Shown: positions 46,470 through 55,967 of the stretch, piece after piece
How positions within the stretch are numbered: the first letter of the stretch is position 1
Layout: each line of letters opens with the position of its first letter
Assembly (NCBI GenBank): GCA_963753345.1
Contig: CAVWBU010000019.1
Coordinates: 86,645-150,644, forward strand
DNA: 64,000 nucleotides
Direction: 5' to 3'
Source: an uncultured Fibrobacterota bacterium
Lineage (GTDB): Bacteria > Fibrobacterota > Chitinivibrionia > Chitinivibrionales > FEN-1185
The notes under the pieces: model-generated
Seen by the model: only the letters and a program-made list of their open reading frames with translations
The model's database searches: none
Told to the model about the DNA's origin: nothing
Translations under genes and position numbers: made by a program

Positions 46470-47291
46470 TTACAAATTATTTACTATGTACTCGCGGGCA
46501 TTGCGAAACAGCTGCGGGCCCATGCCCTCTTCAGGCAACTGCTCGCGGGTCCAGCGCGGGTGATTGGTGCGGTGGGTGTAGGCTTCGGGGTGGGGCATGA
46601 GGCCGAACAGCCGGCCCGAGGAATCACAGATGCCGGCAATTGACAGCTGCGAACCATTGGGATTGTCCGGGTATTTCATGGTGGGCTTCTGCGTGTCCGG
46701 GTCCATGTAGGAGAGAACAATCTGGTTGTGCTTTCTGAGTGCGTCGAGGACCTCGCTGTCGCGCGCCACGAATTTCCCCTCGCCGTGGCGCACCGGCAGG
46801 TAGATGACGTCTATCCCTTTTGTGAAGACGCATGGCGACGCCGGATTTGCCTTGAGCCATACCCAGCGGTCCTCGAACCTGCCTGAGTCGTTGTTGGTGA
46901 GCGTCACCTGCTGGCTCACGACGCCGGAAAGCGACGGCAGGAGCCCGAGCTTCACCATGAGCTGGAAGCCGTTGCAGATGCCGAGCATGAGCCTGCCGTT
47001 CTTGATGAACGACGTGAACTGCGAGAACAGCGGCACGCCGGTCTTCTTCACCACCGTGTGAAGCAGCCGGTTGGCCTGCGCCTTTGCCGACCCAAGGTCG
47101 TCGCCGTCGAGAAAACCGCCCGGCAGGCACAGAATGTCGTACGGGTCAAGCGACGCGTCGCCGTTCACAAGCTCCCACACCGTGACGATGTCCACGGTGT
47201 CGAACCCGCCCAGCCGGCAGGCGTGCGCGGTTTCCATTTCGCAGTTCGTGCCGTTCCCGGACAGAACAACTGCCGAGGTCTTTCTGCTCAC
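46470..47291 (-). CDS. purQ: phosphoribosylformylglycinamidine synthase, glutamine amidotransferase subunit
   Basis: 273 aa. LMLGICNGFQLMVKLGLLP (nucleophile Cys), GLMPHPE. Confidence 0.9.
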   Translation of the reverse strand: MSRKTSAVVLSGNGTNCEMETAHACRLGGFDTVDIVTVWELVNGDASLDPYDILCLPGGFLDGDDLGSAKAQANRLLHTVVKKTGVPLFSQFTSFIKNGRLMLGICNGFQLMVKLGLLPSLSGVVSQQVTLTNNDSGRFEDRWVWLKANPASPCVFTKGIDVIYLPVRHGEGKFVARDSEVLDALRKHNQIVLSYMDPDTQKPTMKYPDNPNGSQLSIAGICDSSGRLFGLMPHPEAYTHRTNHPRWTREQLPEEGMGPQLFRNAREYIVNNL

Positions 47292-47307
47292 GCCGAAATT
47301 CTCCTTA

Positions 47308-50295
47308 TCAAAATTGCAGCGTGCTCTTCCACGCCGCCTTTGCGTCGATCCTCGACAGCATCACCACCGGCGCCTGCCTGAGCCCCTTAAGCTGGATTGC
47401 GTCGCCTTTGACAACTGTCCCGATGCGCCGCAGCGGAAGCCGGGAGAACAGCGTTTCCATCCGGCCCGCCTTGGCCGGTTCCACTTCGACAAGCAGCCGC
47501 CCCGGCGACTCGGAGAACAGCAGTTCGGCGTCCGACGAGCAACCGGACTGTTCTACGGCCTGGCAGTCGATCTGCGCGCCCACGTCGCCCGAAAAGCACA
47601 TTTCCGCGAGCGCCACTGCCAGGCCGCCGTCGGAGCAGTCGTGGCATGAGCGCACGAGCCCTTCGGAAACAGCGGAGAACAGCGTCGTGTAGCATTCGAT
47701 GTTCCGGGCCGGGTCGCGCACAGTGGGGACGGTTCCGCCGGCCATGCCCTTCATGAGCGCGTATTCGGAAGCCCCGAGTTCCGGCAGGGTTATTCCTATC
47801 ATGTAAATAAGGTTGCCGCTTTCCTTGAAATCCATGGTGACCGCCCTGCGCACGTCGGGCACCTTGGCGACAAGGCTGAACAGCAGGGTGGGCGGTATGG
47901 CAATGGTCACGTCGCCGATGCGGTAGTCGTTCTTCATCGAATCCTTGCCCGAGATCAGCGGGATGCCGTAGGCTACGCAGATGTCAAGGAGCGCCTTGTT
48001 CGCGCGCACAAGCTGGGCAAGCTTGTACTCGCCGTCCGGGTTGCCGCCGCTTTTTACCGGGTCGCACCAGCAGAAATTGTCGAGGCCCGCCATGAACGAG
48101 GGGTCGGCGCCCACGCAGCAGGCGTTGCGCACGGCCTCGTCGATTGCACAGGCGGTCATGGCATACGTGTCGATGTCGCTGTAGCGCGGGACAATGCCGT
48201 TGGAAACCGCGATGCCTTCGAAGGAATCGAGCACAGGACGCAGTACGGCCGCGTCGGACGGGCCGTCGTTCTTGGCGCCGCACAGCGGCTTCACCACGCT
48301 GCCGCCCTGCACCTCGTGGTCGTACTGCCGCACCACATATTCCTTGCTGCATATATTGAGCCGCCTCAGGAGCGAAAGCGTGTCGGCCCGTATATCCGAT
48401 GGCGCGAATGCCGCTTGTGCCCCTGCGCCGCGGTCTTCCCATTTTGCAACAAGGTTCATGCGGGGGAGGCCGTTGTGCATAAACTCCATGTTGAGCCGCG
48501 CCACGGGCGTTTCGCCGTACTGTATGTCAAGGAAGCCGCTCGCCGTGAATTCGCCGAGATCGGTCGCCTCCACGTTCCACTCCTGCGCGAGCGCAAGAAA
48601 GCCGGACACCTTGTCCGGCGGCACGGCAGCGTTCATGCGTTCCTGCGCCTCGGACACGAAGATTTCCCACGGCTCGAGCCCGTGGTACTTGAGCGGCGCC
48701 CGTTCCAGGTGCACCACGGCGCCGCCGGTGTCCTCGGCCATTTCGCCGACGGACGACGAAAGCCCGCCCGCGCCGTTGTCGGTGATCGAGTTGTACAGCC
48801 CGCGGTCGCGCGCGACAAGAAGGAAATCGGTCATGCGTTTCTGCGTGATCGGGTCGCCGATCTGCACCGCGGTCGCGGGCGAGCCTTCGTGCAGCGGCTC
48901 GGACGAGAACGTGGCCCCGTGAATGCCGTCCTTGCCTATTCTGCCGCCCACCATGATGATGTGGTCGCCCGGCATCGCCTTTTTCTCCCAGCCTTTGCGC
49001 CCGCCCACGTCAAGCGGCATGAGCCCGAGGGTGCCGCAGTAGACCAGCGGCTTGCCCAGGAACCTTTCGTCGAACACGATGGTGCCGTTGACCGTGGGGA
49101 TTCCGCTCTTGTTGCCGCCGTGCTCCACGCCCTCGCGCACGCCTTCGAGCACGCGCTTGGGATGAAGGACGCGCGGCGGCACCGTGCCGGAGAAGAACGG
49201 CGAGGCAAAGCAGAACACGTCGGTGTTGGCGATGAGGCGGCAGCCCAGGCCCGTGCCGAACGGATCGCGGTTGACGCCCACGATGCCGGTGAGCGCGCCG
49301 CCGTAGGGGTCGAGCGCCGACGGGCTGTTGTGCGTTTCCACCTTAAACACGATGGCGTTCGTGTCGTCGAATTTCACCACGCCCGCGTTGTCCTTGAACA
49401 CCGAGAGGCAAATGTCGGCGGCGCCTTTCTTCTGCCGCACCAGCGACGTTGTCTTCTGGACAAAGCTCTTGAACAGGCTCGTGATGCGCTCGGGCTCCCT
49501 GCCGGGTTCGATGTAGGTGATGTCGGCGTTGAAGATCTTGTGCTTGCAGTGCTCCGACCACGTCTGCGCGAGCACTTCGAGCTCCACGTTGGTGATGCCG
49601 GCAGGCATGCCGTGGGCGATGCGGTCGTCCGCGGTCTTCTTATCCGTAAAGTACGCCTTGATGCATTTCATTTCCTCGAGCGACAGCGCGAGCATGCCGT
49701 TCTTGCTAATTGCGGCAAGCGCCTTGTCGTCGACGTTGAGGTCAACTTCGCGGAACAGCGGCGCCGTATGCGTGTCCACGACCACCGGCGCGGGGAAGTC
49801 CTTGGTGTGCACCTTGAGCCATTCGTCCTTCGAGTAGATCTTGATGGTCTGGATGAGCGTGTTGGCGAGGATTTCCTCGGCAATGCGCTCGATGCTCTTC
49901 TTGGAGACGTTTCCGAAAAAGAAATACTGCGTGCCGGTGTGCACCGAAAAGCTCTCGGGAAAGGTCCTTCCCAGGGCGATGACGGCCGCCTCCTTCGCGG
50001 TTCGGCCGGCATTGTCGGTGACGCCGGGCAGGAACCCGACCTCAACCATCCAGTCGAATGATTCGCAGAAGGTCCTGTTGATGGTGTAGTCCTGGACAAT
50101 GGGGTCGGACAGCGGGCCTTCGGCAAGAGCAACAAGGTCTGCGGGGAAGAGCGGCCCGTTGAAGACGTACACGGCGGACGAGCGCACCGAATTGATGGTG
50201 CCGATATCGAGGTCGGAGATTATTTTCGCGCGGATTTTTTCGCCCAGAGCGTCGCGCACCGCGGCCTTGGGTCCTACGTAGATTCTTTCCGGCAT
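47308..50295 (-). CDS. purL: phosphoribosylformylglycinamidine synthase, synthetase subunit PurL with an N-terminal extension
   Basis: 995 aa, uninterrupted. KVETHNSPSALDPYGGALTGIVGVNRDPFG, and duplicated AIR-synthase-like halves. Confidence 0.95.
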   Translation of the reverse strand: MPERIYVGPKAAVRDALGEKIRAKIISDLDIGTINSVRSSAVYVFNGPLFPADLVALAEGPLSDPIVQDYTINRTFCESFDWMVEVGFLPGVTDNAGRTAKEAAVIALGRTFPESFSVHTGTQYFFFGNVSKKSIERIAEEILANTLIQTIKIYSKDEWLKVHTKDFPAPVVVDTHTAPLFREVDLNVDDKALAAISKNGMLALSLEEMKCIKAYFTDKKTADDRIAHGMPAGITNVELEVLAQTWSEHCKHKIFNADITYIEPGREPERITSLFKSFVQKTTSLVRQKKGAADICLSVFKDNAGVVKFDDTNAIVFKVETHNSPSALDPYGGALTGIVGVNRDPFGTGLGCRLIANTDVFCFASPFFSGTVPPRVLHPKRVLEGVREGVEHGGNKSGIPTVNGTIVFDERFLGKPLVYCGTLGLMPLDVGGRKGWEKKAMPGDHIIMVGGRIGKDGIHGATFSSEPLHEGSPATAVQIGDPITQKRMTDFLLVARDRGLYNSITDNGAGGLSSSVGEMAEDTGGAVVHLERAPLKYHGLEPWEIFVSEAQERMNAAVPPDKVSGFLALAQEWNVEATDLGEFTASGFLDIQYGETPVARLNMEFMHNGLPRMNLVAKWEDRGAGAQAAFAPSDIRADTLSLLRRLNICSKEYVVRQYDHEVQGGSVVKPLCGAKNDGPSDAAVLRPVLDSFEGIAVSNGIVPRYSDIDTYAMTACAIDEAVRNACCVGADPSFMAGLDNFCWCDPVKSGGNPDGEYKLAQLVRANKALLDICVAYGIPLISGKDSMKNDYRIGDVTIAIPPTLLFSLVAKVPDVRRAVTMDFKESGNLIYMIGITLPELGASEYALMKGMAGGTVPTVRDPARNIECYTTLFSAVSEGLVRSCHDCSDGGLAVALAEMCFSGDVGAQIDCQAVEQSGCSSDAELLFSESPGRLLVEVEPAKAGRMETLFSRLPLRRIGTVVKGDAIQLKGLRQAPVVMLSRIDAKAAWKSTLQF

Positions 50296-50394
50296 ACCTG
50301 ATCCTGATGAGCAAATCGGAGTTTGATATAACCTTTCAAATATACTTTCCAGAATCTATGATTTCCTGTTAAAAAAGTATCAAAGAAATTTCAT

Positions 50395-50580
50395 GGGGGG
50401 AGGTATCCCCCTCGCTCCGGCCTCCTCGGCCTTCGGCCTGCGGTGTCCTGCGCTACCCCCTCCAGGGTAGCCGCCATGACAAAGCAGATGCGAGACCACG
50501 CATTGTTGTGGCGGCACCCAAGGAGAGCAGTTGTAAAAGTAGAATAGGTGAAGACGTTGAAAAGTAGAAAATGCAGAGAA
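50395..50580 (+). repeat. intergenic repeat family 2 copy plus GTTGA-like tail
   Basis: GGGGGGAGGTATCCCCCTCGCTCCGGCCTCCTCGGCCTTCGGCCTGCGGTGTCCTGCGCTACCCCCTCCAGGGTAGCCGCCATGACAAAGCAG...GCATTGTTGTGGCGGCACCCAAGGAGAGCAGTTG... Nearly collinear with 52076-52256. Confidence 0.85.
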
Positions 50581-50634
50581 CAAGTCCTGGCCGATTTATT
50601 GCAGAATTCCGGATTGGTGCGAAAGACAAGCGTG

Positions 50635-50833
50635 TTGACTGAAAAAATTCCGTTGCCGCGCGTTAGGCAGGACTGGAAAAATGGTCCCGCTTGAGGCGGG
50701 ATGCCGGCCTGACCACGCCCGAAGGGCCCTCGTGGCAGGCGGCCCGAGGCCGGAGGCCGAGACCGAAAGGACGGCCGACCCCCAGGTAGCATTGCACAGC
50801 CGTGCGATGCTACCTGGGGGAACGCCCAATTCT
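50635..50833 (+). repeat. intergenic repeat family 1 copy
   Basis: TTGACTgaaaaaattccgttgccGCGCGTTAGGCAGGACTGGAAAAATGGTCCCGCttgaGGCGGGATGCC...GGCGGCCCGAGGCCGGAGGCCGAGACCGAAAGGACGGCCGACC-[hairpin cccccaggtagcat...atgctacctggggg, 50779-50820]-AACGCCCAATTCT. Confidence 0.85.
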
Positions 50834-50911
50834 AATTATGGTACTTGATAAAATAATAAGGAGCAGAAACCCATGCCTCTGCTCCTCATCAAATTCTCAA
50901 AAAGGCAATCT

Positions 50912-51937
50912 TTAGAAGAACAACTTTTCCGTGTAATGCTCCCCGCTCTGATACACGACCTTCTTGAGCGCTGCCTTGGGCTTGGGGAACACCAGCTTGA
51001 GGTTCTTTGTCTCGTGCTGGGTGTCGAGTATCTCCGGGTCGATTTTCGAAGACGGCAGCGCCTTGTATTTCTCGCCGTTCACGTCCACGAGGCAGAAATC
51101 TTCCGCCTTGAGCCGCAGCGGATTGTACGAATAGTTGAACATTGACAAGGTCATGTTGGTGGTCCCGCTCACCACCGCAAGGTAAATGTCGAACTTGTTG
51201 ACGCGCGGATCGGGCTTTCCCTCGATCACCTGGGCGTAGCCGGAATAGGTGTTCACATTGACCTTGCGGAGGTTACTCAGGAGGTCGGCGGCGCCCGGAT
51301 ACGCGGGATCGTAGACGAGCACGAGTTGCACGTAGTATTCCGCCTTGAGAAGGGCGTTCACGTCCTTGCTGTCTTTGCCCTCGGTATACGCCTGCGAGGC
51401 CATCTCGTAGAACTGCTTGGTGAAGTCGGCAATGATCTGCTTCTTCCTTGCTTCGATGGACTCCGGATTGTCAACAACGCCCTGCGCCTTGGTGATCCAT
51501 CCGAGCGCGTCGTCCAGCCTGTTGCGGGCGATGCTCGAATCGGCCATGAGGAGGATGAAATTCGCGTACTGCTGCCGCAGGTCCGACGGCATGTCCTTGG
51601 AAAGAAGCGTGTCGATGTCCTTCATGAACAGCTTGATGGGGTCCATGTCGTAGGTGCCTTCCGACAGCACCATGTTGGCCCGCAGAAGCGTCATTTCAAT
51701 GAATTTCTGCTTGAACGGAGTGCTCAGCCTCGACTTGTCGGGATGCGCGTTGAACCATTTCTGGTAGAAAATGTAGGCCCGCTTCTGCAGGGTGCGCTGG
51801 CTGATGCCCTGCGAATGCCTGGCCTGGTTGTACGCCTTGTTGCCTTTGGCTTCATCCGAGGTAAGGGACGAACAGGACGCGAGAAGAAGAAAAACGTTTA
51901 AGTACACCAGTCCGACAAGAACCTTTTTCATTGCCAT
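50912..51937 (-). CDS. lipoprotein, unknown function
   Basis: 341 aa. MAMKKVLVGLVYLNVFLLLASCSS lipobox. Helical-repeat-like N-terminal half. No family recognised. Confidence 0.6.
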   Translation of the reverse strand: MAMKKVLVGLVYLNVFLLLASCSSLTSDEAKGNKAYNQARHSQGISQRTLQKRAYIFYQKWFNAHPDKSRLSTPFKQKFIEMTLLRANMVLSEGTYDMDPIKLFMKDIDTLLSKDMPSDLRQQYANFILLMADSSIARNRLDDALGWITKAQGVVDNPESIEARKKQIIADFTKQFYEMASQAYTEGKDSKDVNALLKAEYYVQLVLVYDPAYPGAADLLSNLRKVNVNTYSGYAQVIEGKPDPRVNKFDIYLAVVSGTTNMTLSMFNYSYNPLRLKAEDFCLVDVNGEKYKALPSSKIDPEILDTQHETKNLKLVFPKPKAALKKVVYQSGEHYTEKLFF

Positions 51938-52075
51938 CCTCCTCAGAATCGATGAGTGTCACGACACCACGGGTTGGACGTAAGTATTAAGTATATAGAA
52001 GATGGTTTTTTCTCAGGAGGTTTGTCAATACAAATTACAATTACAATAGATAAATGTAAATAATAATCCATAGAT

Positions 52076-52256
52076 GGGCGGGGGAGGTATCCCCCTCGCT
52101 CCGGCCTCCTCGGCCTGTGGCCTGCGGCGTCCTCCGCTACCCCCTCCTGGGTGGCCGCCTTGACAAAGCAGCTACGAGACCGTGCATTGTTGTGGCGGCA
52201 CCCACGAGGAGCAGTTGAAAGGTTGAAACGTTGAATAGTTGAAGAGTTTGAAATCA
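52076..52256 (+). repeat. intergenic repeat family 2 copy plus GTTGAA tandem tail
   Basis: GGGCGGGGGAGGTATCCCCCTCGCTCCGGCCTCCTCGGCCTGTGGCCTGCGGCGTCCTCCGCTACCCCCTCCTGGGTGGCCGCCTTGACAAAGCAG...GGCACCCACGAGGAGCAGTTGAAAGGTTGAAACGTTGAATAGTTGAAGAGTTTGAAA. Confidence 0.85.
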
Positions 52257-52308
52257 GGACATGCGGATATTGATCTTATTGCGGATGCCAATTGGCGCGA
52301 GAACGTAG

Positions 52309-52510
52309 TTGACTGATGATTATAACTGTTTGCGCGCGTTAGGGGCGACCGGAGGCCGCGCCAGAGCGTGGTGCCGCCCGGACCCGCCTTTTGTAGAGAC
52401 GCAGCGGCGCTGCGTCTCGCCGAAGGGAATAGGGCCGTGGCGGCCGGAGGCCGAAGGCCGAGACCGCAGGGAGGGCCGACCCCGCAAAGCGGCGGGAGCG
52501 CCCAGTCTTT
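52309..52510 (+). repeat. intergenic repeat family 1 copy
   Basis: TTGACTgatgattataactgtttGCGCGCGTTAGGggcGACcGGAGGCCGCGCCAGAGCGTGGTGCCGCCCGGACCC-[ttttgtagagacgcagcggcgctgcgtctc]-...GGCGGCCGGAGGCCGAAGGCCGAGACCGCAGGGAGGGCCGACCCCGCAAAGCGGCGGGAGCGCCCAGTC. Confidence 0.85.
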
Positions 52511-52583
52511 TTATAATTACGCGGAGCGGTGCCCCCACCAACAGTCTTAATCAATCTGAGCGAAGTATATTTTGATTTCTTCA

Positions 52584-54809
52584 ATGACCCAACAAACTCC
52601 CAAAGTCGCCTGCGTGGCGTTTCCCATGGCCGTTGCCGGCGTGTTCGACTACGAGATTCCGGAGGCGCTTGCCGGAGACATATCGCCCGGAGTGCCGGTG
52701 CTCGTGGAGTTGCGCAGCCGCAGGCTCTGGGGCGTTGCGGTGCGCATCAAGGATTCGTCGGCCGTGGCGCGGCTCAAACCCGTGCTTGACGTACGCAAAG
52801 ACCGCTGGCGCGACGCCGACGCCTCGCTCATCCGGCTCTACGAATGGATCGCATCGTACTACCAGTGCGACCTGGGCCGCGTGTTCAGGCCGTTTGTGCG
52901 GAAAAGCTTTGTCGAGGCGCGCGAGAAGACCGAAGCGCTTTTCCGCATCGCGCCCGGCGGGCCGCCGGCCGGGCTCACCCGGAAACAGGCCGAGGCCCTT
53001 GCCGCGCTCGCAGCACGTGGCAGCGAGCTCACGCGCGAGCAGTGCGCGGGCATGGGCGTGGGCGTCCACCTGCTCGCGGCGCTGTGCGCCAAAGGCGCGC
53101 TTGTCAAGAGCGAACGGCAGGTCCTGCGTGAGGCCGCGGAACTGCGTGCAGACGCGCGAAGCGCGCAAAGCGCGGAAAGCGCCGGAAGCGTCACGCTGCT
53201 TGCCGAGCAGCAGGCCGCCCTCGACGCCGTAACAGCCGACCTGGCCGCGCCGGGCGCGCCGTTTCTCCTGTACGGCATCACGGGCAGCGGAAAGACGCAC
53301 GTGTACATCGAAGCCGCGAGGCGCGCGCTTGACGCGGGCAGGGGCGTCATCATCCTGGTGCCCGAGATATCGCTCACGCCGCAGACCATTGCGCGGTTCA
53401 GGCGCGAGCTGGGTGACGTGATCGCGGTGATCCACAGCCGCATGAGCGACGGCGAGCGCCGTGACAGCCTTGCCGAACTGGTGACAGGTCGCAGACGCCT
53501 GGTGATAGGCGTGCGCAGCGCCATTCTGGTGCCGGTAGCCAACCTCGGCCTTATCATCGTGGATGAGGAGCACGACCACAGCTACAAGCAGAGCGATCTT
53601 GACCCGCGGTACAACGCGCGCGACGTGGCTGTGATGCGCGGCCGCCTGCAGAAGGCCGTTGTGATGCTCGGCAGCGCCACGCCGAGCCTCGAAAGCTTCC
53701 GCAATGCAAACACGGGAAAGTACCGCCTGCTTGCGCTGACGCGCCGGTTCGGCGAGGCAGTGCTTCCCGCGGTAACCGTAATTGACATGAAGGAAGAGCA
53801 CCGGGAGAACAACTGGACGCTGCTGTCGCGCCACCTGAGCGTCCGCATGGAACGGGCGCTTGAAAACGGGCGGCAGATAATCCTCCTTATCAACCGCCGC
53901 GGTTTCTCCACGTTTCTTATTTGCAAAGACTGCGGACATGCCTATGTTTGTCCGAGCTGCTCGGTGAACCTTGTTTACCACAAGGCCGAGCTCTTGCTCA
54001 AGTGCCACCAGTGCGGGCACGAGGAAGCCGCGCCCTCGGTCTGCCCGTCGTGCAGGGGTGAGCAACTCCGGTTCAAGGGGACCGGCATCCAGAAGGCGGA
54101 GGAGTTCGTGGCGTCGAAGTTTCCGTCGGCGCGCATCATCCGCATGGACCAGGACACCACGAGGAGAAAGGGCGGCCACGTTGACATCATCGGCAGGTTC
54201 GAGCGCCGCGAGGCAGACATCCTCATCGGCACGCAGATGGTGGCCAAGGGGCTCAACTTCCCGGGCGTCGCGCTCGTGGGCGTGCTCGCGGCCGACATCG
54301 GCCTGCATGTTCCGGATTTCCGCGCGGCCGAGAAGACCTTCCAGCTCCTTGCGCAGGTGGCCGGCAGGGCGGGCAGGGCAGACGCGGCCGGCGAGGTGGT
54401 GGTGCAGACGTATTTCCCGGACGAGCCGGCGGTGCGCGCCGCGGCCGGCCACGATTTTCTCGAGTTTTACAACAGGGAAATCGTCCAGCGCGAGGAGCTC
54501 GGATATCCGCCGTTCGGCAAGCTCGTGCGCATCGTGGCGTCGGGTCCGGGCGGTTTGGCGGTTGTGGAGGTGCTTGAGGCCGCGGCGCGTCTGGTGCGCG
54601 GCAAATGGGGAACATCGGTGACTGCGCTCGGACCGTCGCCGGCGGTGCTCGCGAAACTCAAGAACGAACACCGGTATTCTCTTCTGCTAAAGTCGCGGTC
54701 GGCGCGTGCGCTCGGCGAGGCCGCGGCCGCGGTGCGCGCGATGCGCGCATCGCGCGTCCCGAAATCGGTGCGCCTGGCAATCGACGTGGACCCGCTGAAC
54801 ATGCTGTGA
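52584..54809 (+). CDS. priA: primosomal protein N' (replication restart helicase)
   Basis: Walker A LLYGITGSGKTHVY, DEEH box IIVDEEHDHSYKQ, zinc-binding CKDCGHAYVCPSCSVNLVYH...CHQCGHEEAAPSVCPSC. The start is ambiguous between the TTG at 52572 and the ATG at 52584. Confidence 0.9.
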   Translation: MTQQTPKVACVAFPMAVAGVFDYEIPEALAGDISPGVPVLVELRSRRLWGVAVRIKDSSAVARLKPVLDVRKDRWRDADASLIRLYEWIASYYQCDLGRVFRPFVRKSFVEAREKTEALFRIAPGGPPAGLTRKQAEALAALAARGSELTREQCAGMGVGVHLLAALCAKGALVKSERQVLREAAELRADARSAQSAESAGSVTLLAEQQAALDAVTADLAAPGAPFLLYGITGSGKTHVYIEAARRALDAGRGVIILVPEISLTPQTIARFRRELGDVIAVIHSRMSDGERRDSLAELVTGRRRLVIGVRSAILVPVANLGLIIVDEEHDHSYKQSDLDPRYNARDVAVMRGRLQKAVVMLGSATPSLESFRNANTGKYRLLALTRRFGEAVLPAVTVIDMKEEHRENNWTLLSRHLSVRMERALENGRQIILLINRRGFSTFLICKDCGHAYVCPSCSVNLVYHKAELLLKCHQCGHEEAAPSVCPSCRGEQLRFKGTGIQKAEEFVASKFPSARIIRMDQDTTRRKGGHVDIIGRFERREADILIGTQMVAKGLNFPGVALVGVLAADIGLHVPDFRAAEKTFQLLAQVAGRAGRADAAGEVVVQTYFPDEPAVRAAAGHDFLEFYNREIVQREELGYPPFGKLVRIVASGPGGLAVVEVLEAAARLVRGKWGTSVTALGPSPAVLAKLKNEHRYSLLLKSRSARALGEAAAAVRAMRASRVPKSVRLAIDVDPLNML

Positions 54810-55001
54810 GCGACGCGATTCTGAGGCGCGCGATGCAATCCTCACCGGCTCTCATCGTTGCAGGGCGACATGCGCATCGAAAAGCCGCGACTGCTCACGA
54901 GCGCCTAATAAAAGGTTGATTTTTCGTGCCACGCGGTGTATCATTAGTACTATGTCTCCAATAAAATCAAATCCGCCCCGCATGCCCGAAAGGATCCCCG
55001 T

Positions 55002-55961
55002 ATGAACGACACGGTTCTGCTCATCTGCATTGGTTTCATCATCGGCGTGATTGCAAGCTCGGCAGTCTGGCTGGTTCTCTTTGTGGTCGGCAAGGCGCAG
55101 CGCCAGATTGCGCGCGAAAAGAACCTTGTGATGAAGGCGGTGGCCGAAGAATCGGCGGAGGCGGACAAAGTGCTTTCGTCGTCCGTGTCCAAGGCGATGA
55201 ACGCGCATGCGCTCCGCTCCGCCCTGTCTCCAAGGATCGACAAGATGCAGAAAACCATCACCGAGAACATGCACCAGCTCGACACCTTTTTTGTCAAGTA
55301 CATGGAATCGCGGATCGCCGCGTACCGCGCGGCCTTCGAGGCGGGCGAGATCGCGCCTGCTGCCTACGCGGCGGACAGAATTCCTCCGGCGGCGCAACCT
55401 GTGCAGGCCGAGAGCCCTGCCGGCATCCTCGACGAGATAAGGACGCGCATGGAATCGTCGGGTCCTGCGGCCGCGCAGCCGACGCCCAGAGCCGTCGTAT
55501 TGCCCCGCGCCCGTCCCGCGGCGGATCCGGGCACCGGCGTTATCACAGTGTCCGGGGACGTGCGCGAAGAAAGACCCCTGGCTGCGCCGCCGCAGAGGCC
55601 GCAGAGAATTGTCAGACCCGAAGTGCGGCGGCCTGCAACAGAGCCGGCCTTTGATCTGGAAAAGGCAACGGGCAGAACGCAGCAGAGGATGGTTCCCCAG
55701 GCACCCGCGCCCTCGGCGGATGCAGGTGCGCTTCAGCCCGACAGGATCGAGAAAACGATCCGGTGGGACAGGAACCAGCTCATGGGAGCGGCCGCCCCTT
55801 CCGGCGAGGCCATTGTGGTGGAAGGCGCCGAGCCTCCCCGCAAAACGGAGCCGCCCCGGCCGCCGCGCCCGCAGCAGCCGCCCGCGGATAAGCAGAACCC
55901 CATTATCAGCGGCGAAGACATCGAGAACAAGATGGATTCGTTTTTCGGGTTGGGTCAGTAA
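55002..55961 (+). CDS. membrane-anchored Pro/Ala-rich protein, unknown function
   Basis: 319 aa. N-terminal TM LLICIGFIIGVIASSAVWLVLFVV, a charged helical region, then a Pro/Ala-rich low-complexity C-terminal half. Confidence 0.5.
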   Translation: MNDTVLLICIGFIIGVIASSAVWLVLFVVGKAQRQIAREKNLVMKAVAEESAEADKVLSSSVSKAMNAHALRSALSPRIDKMQKTITENMHQLDTFFVKYMESRIAAYRAAFEAGEIAPAAYAADRIPPAAQPVQAESPAGILDEIRTRMESSGPAAAQPTPRAVVLPRARPAADPGTGVITVSGDVREERPLAAPPQRPQRIVRPEVRRPATEPAFDLEKATGRTQQRMVPQAPAPSADAGALQPDRIEKTIRWDRNQLMGAAAPSGEAIVVEGAEPPRKTEPPRPPRPQQPPADKQNPIISGEDIENKMDSFFGLGQ

Positions 55962-55967
55962 TAGCGG

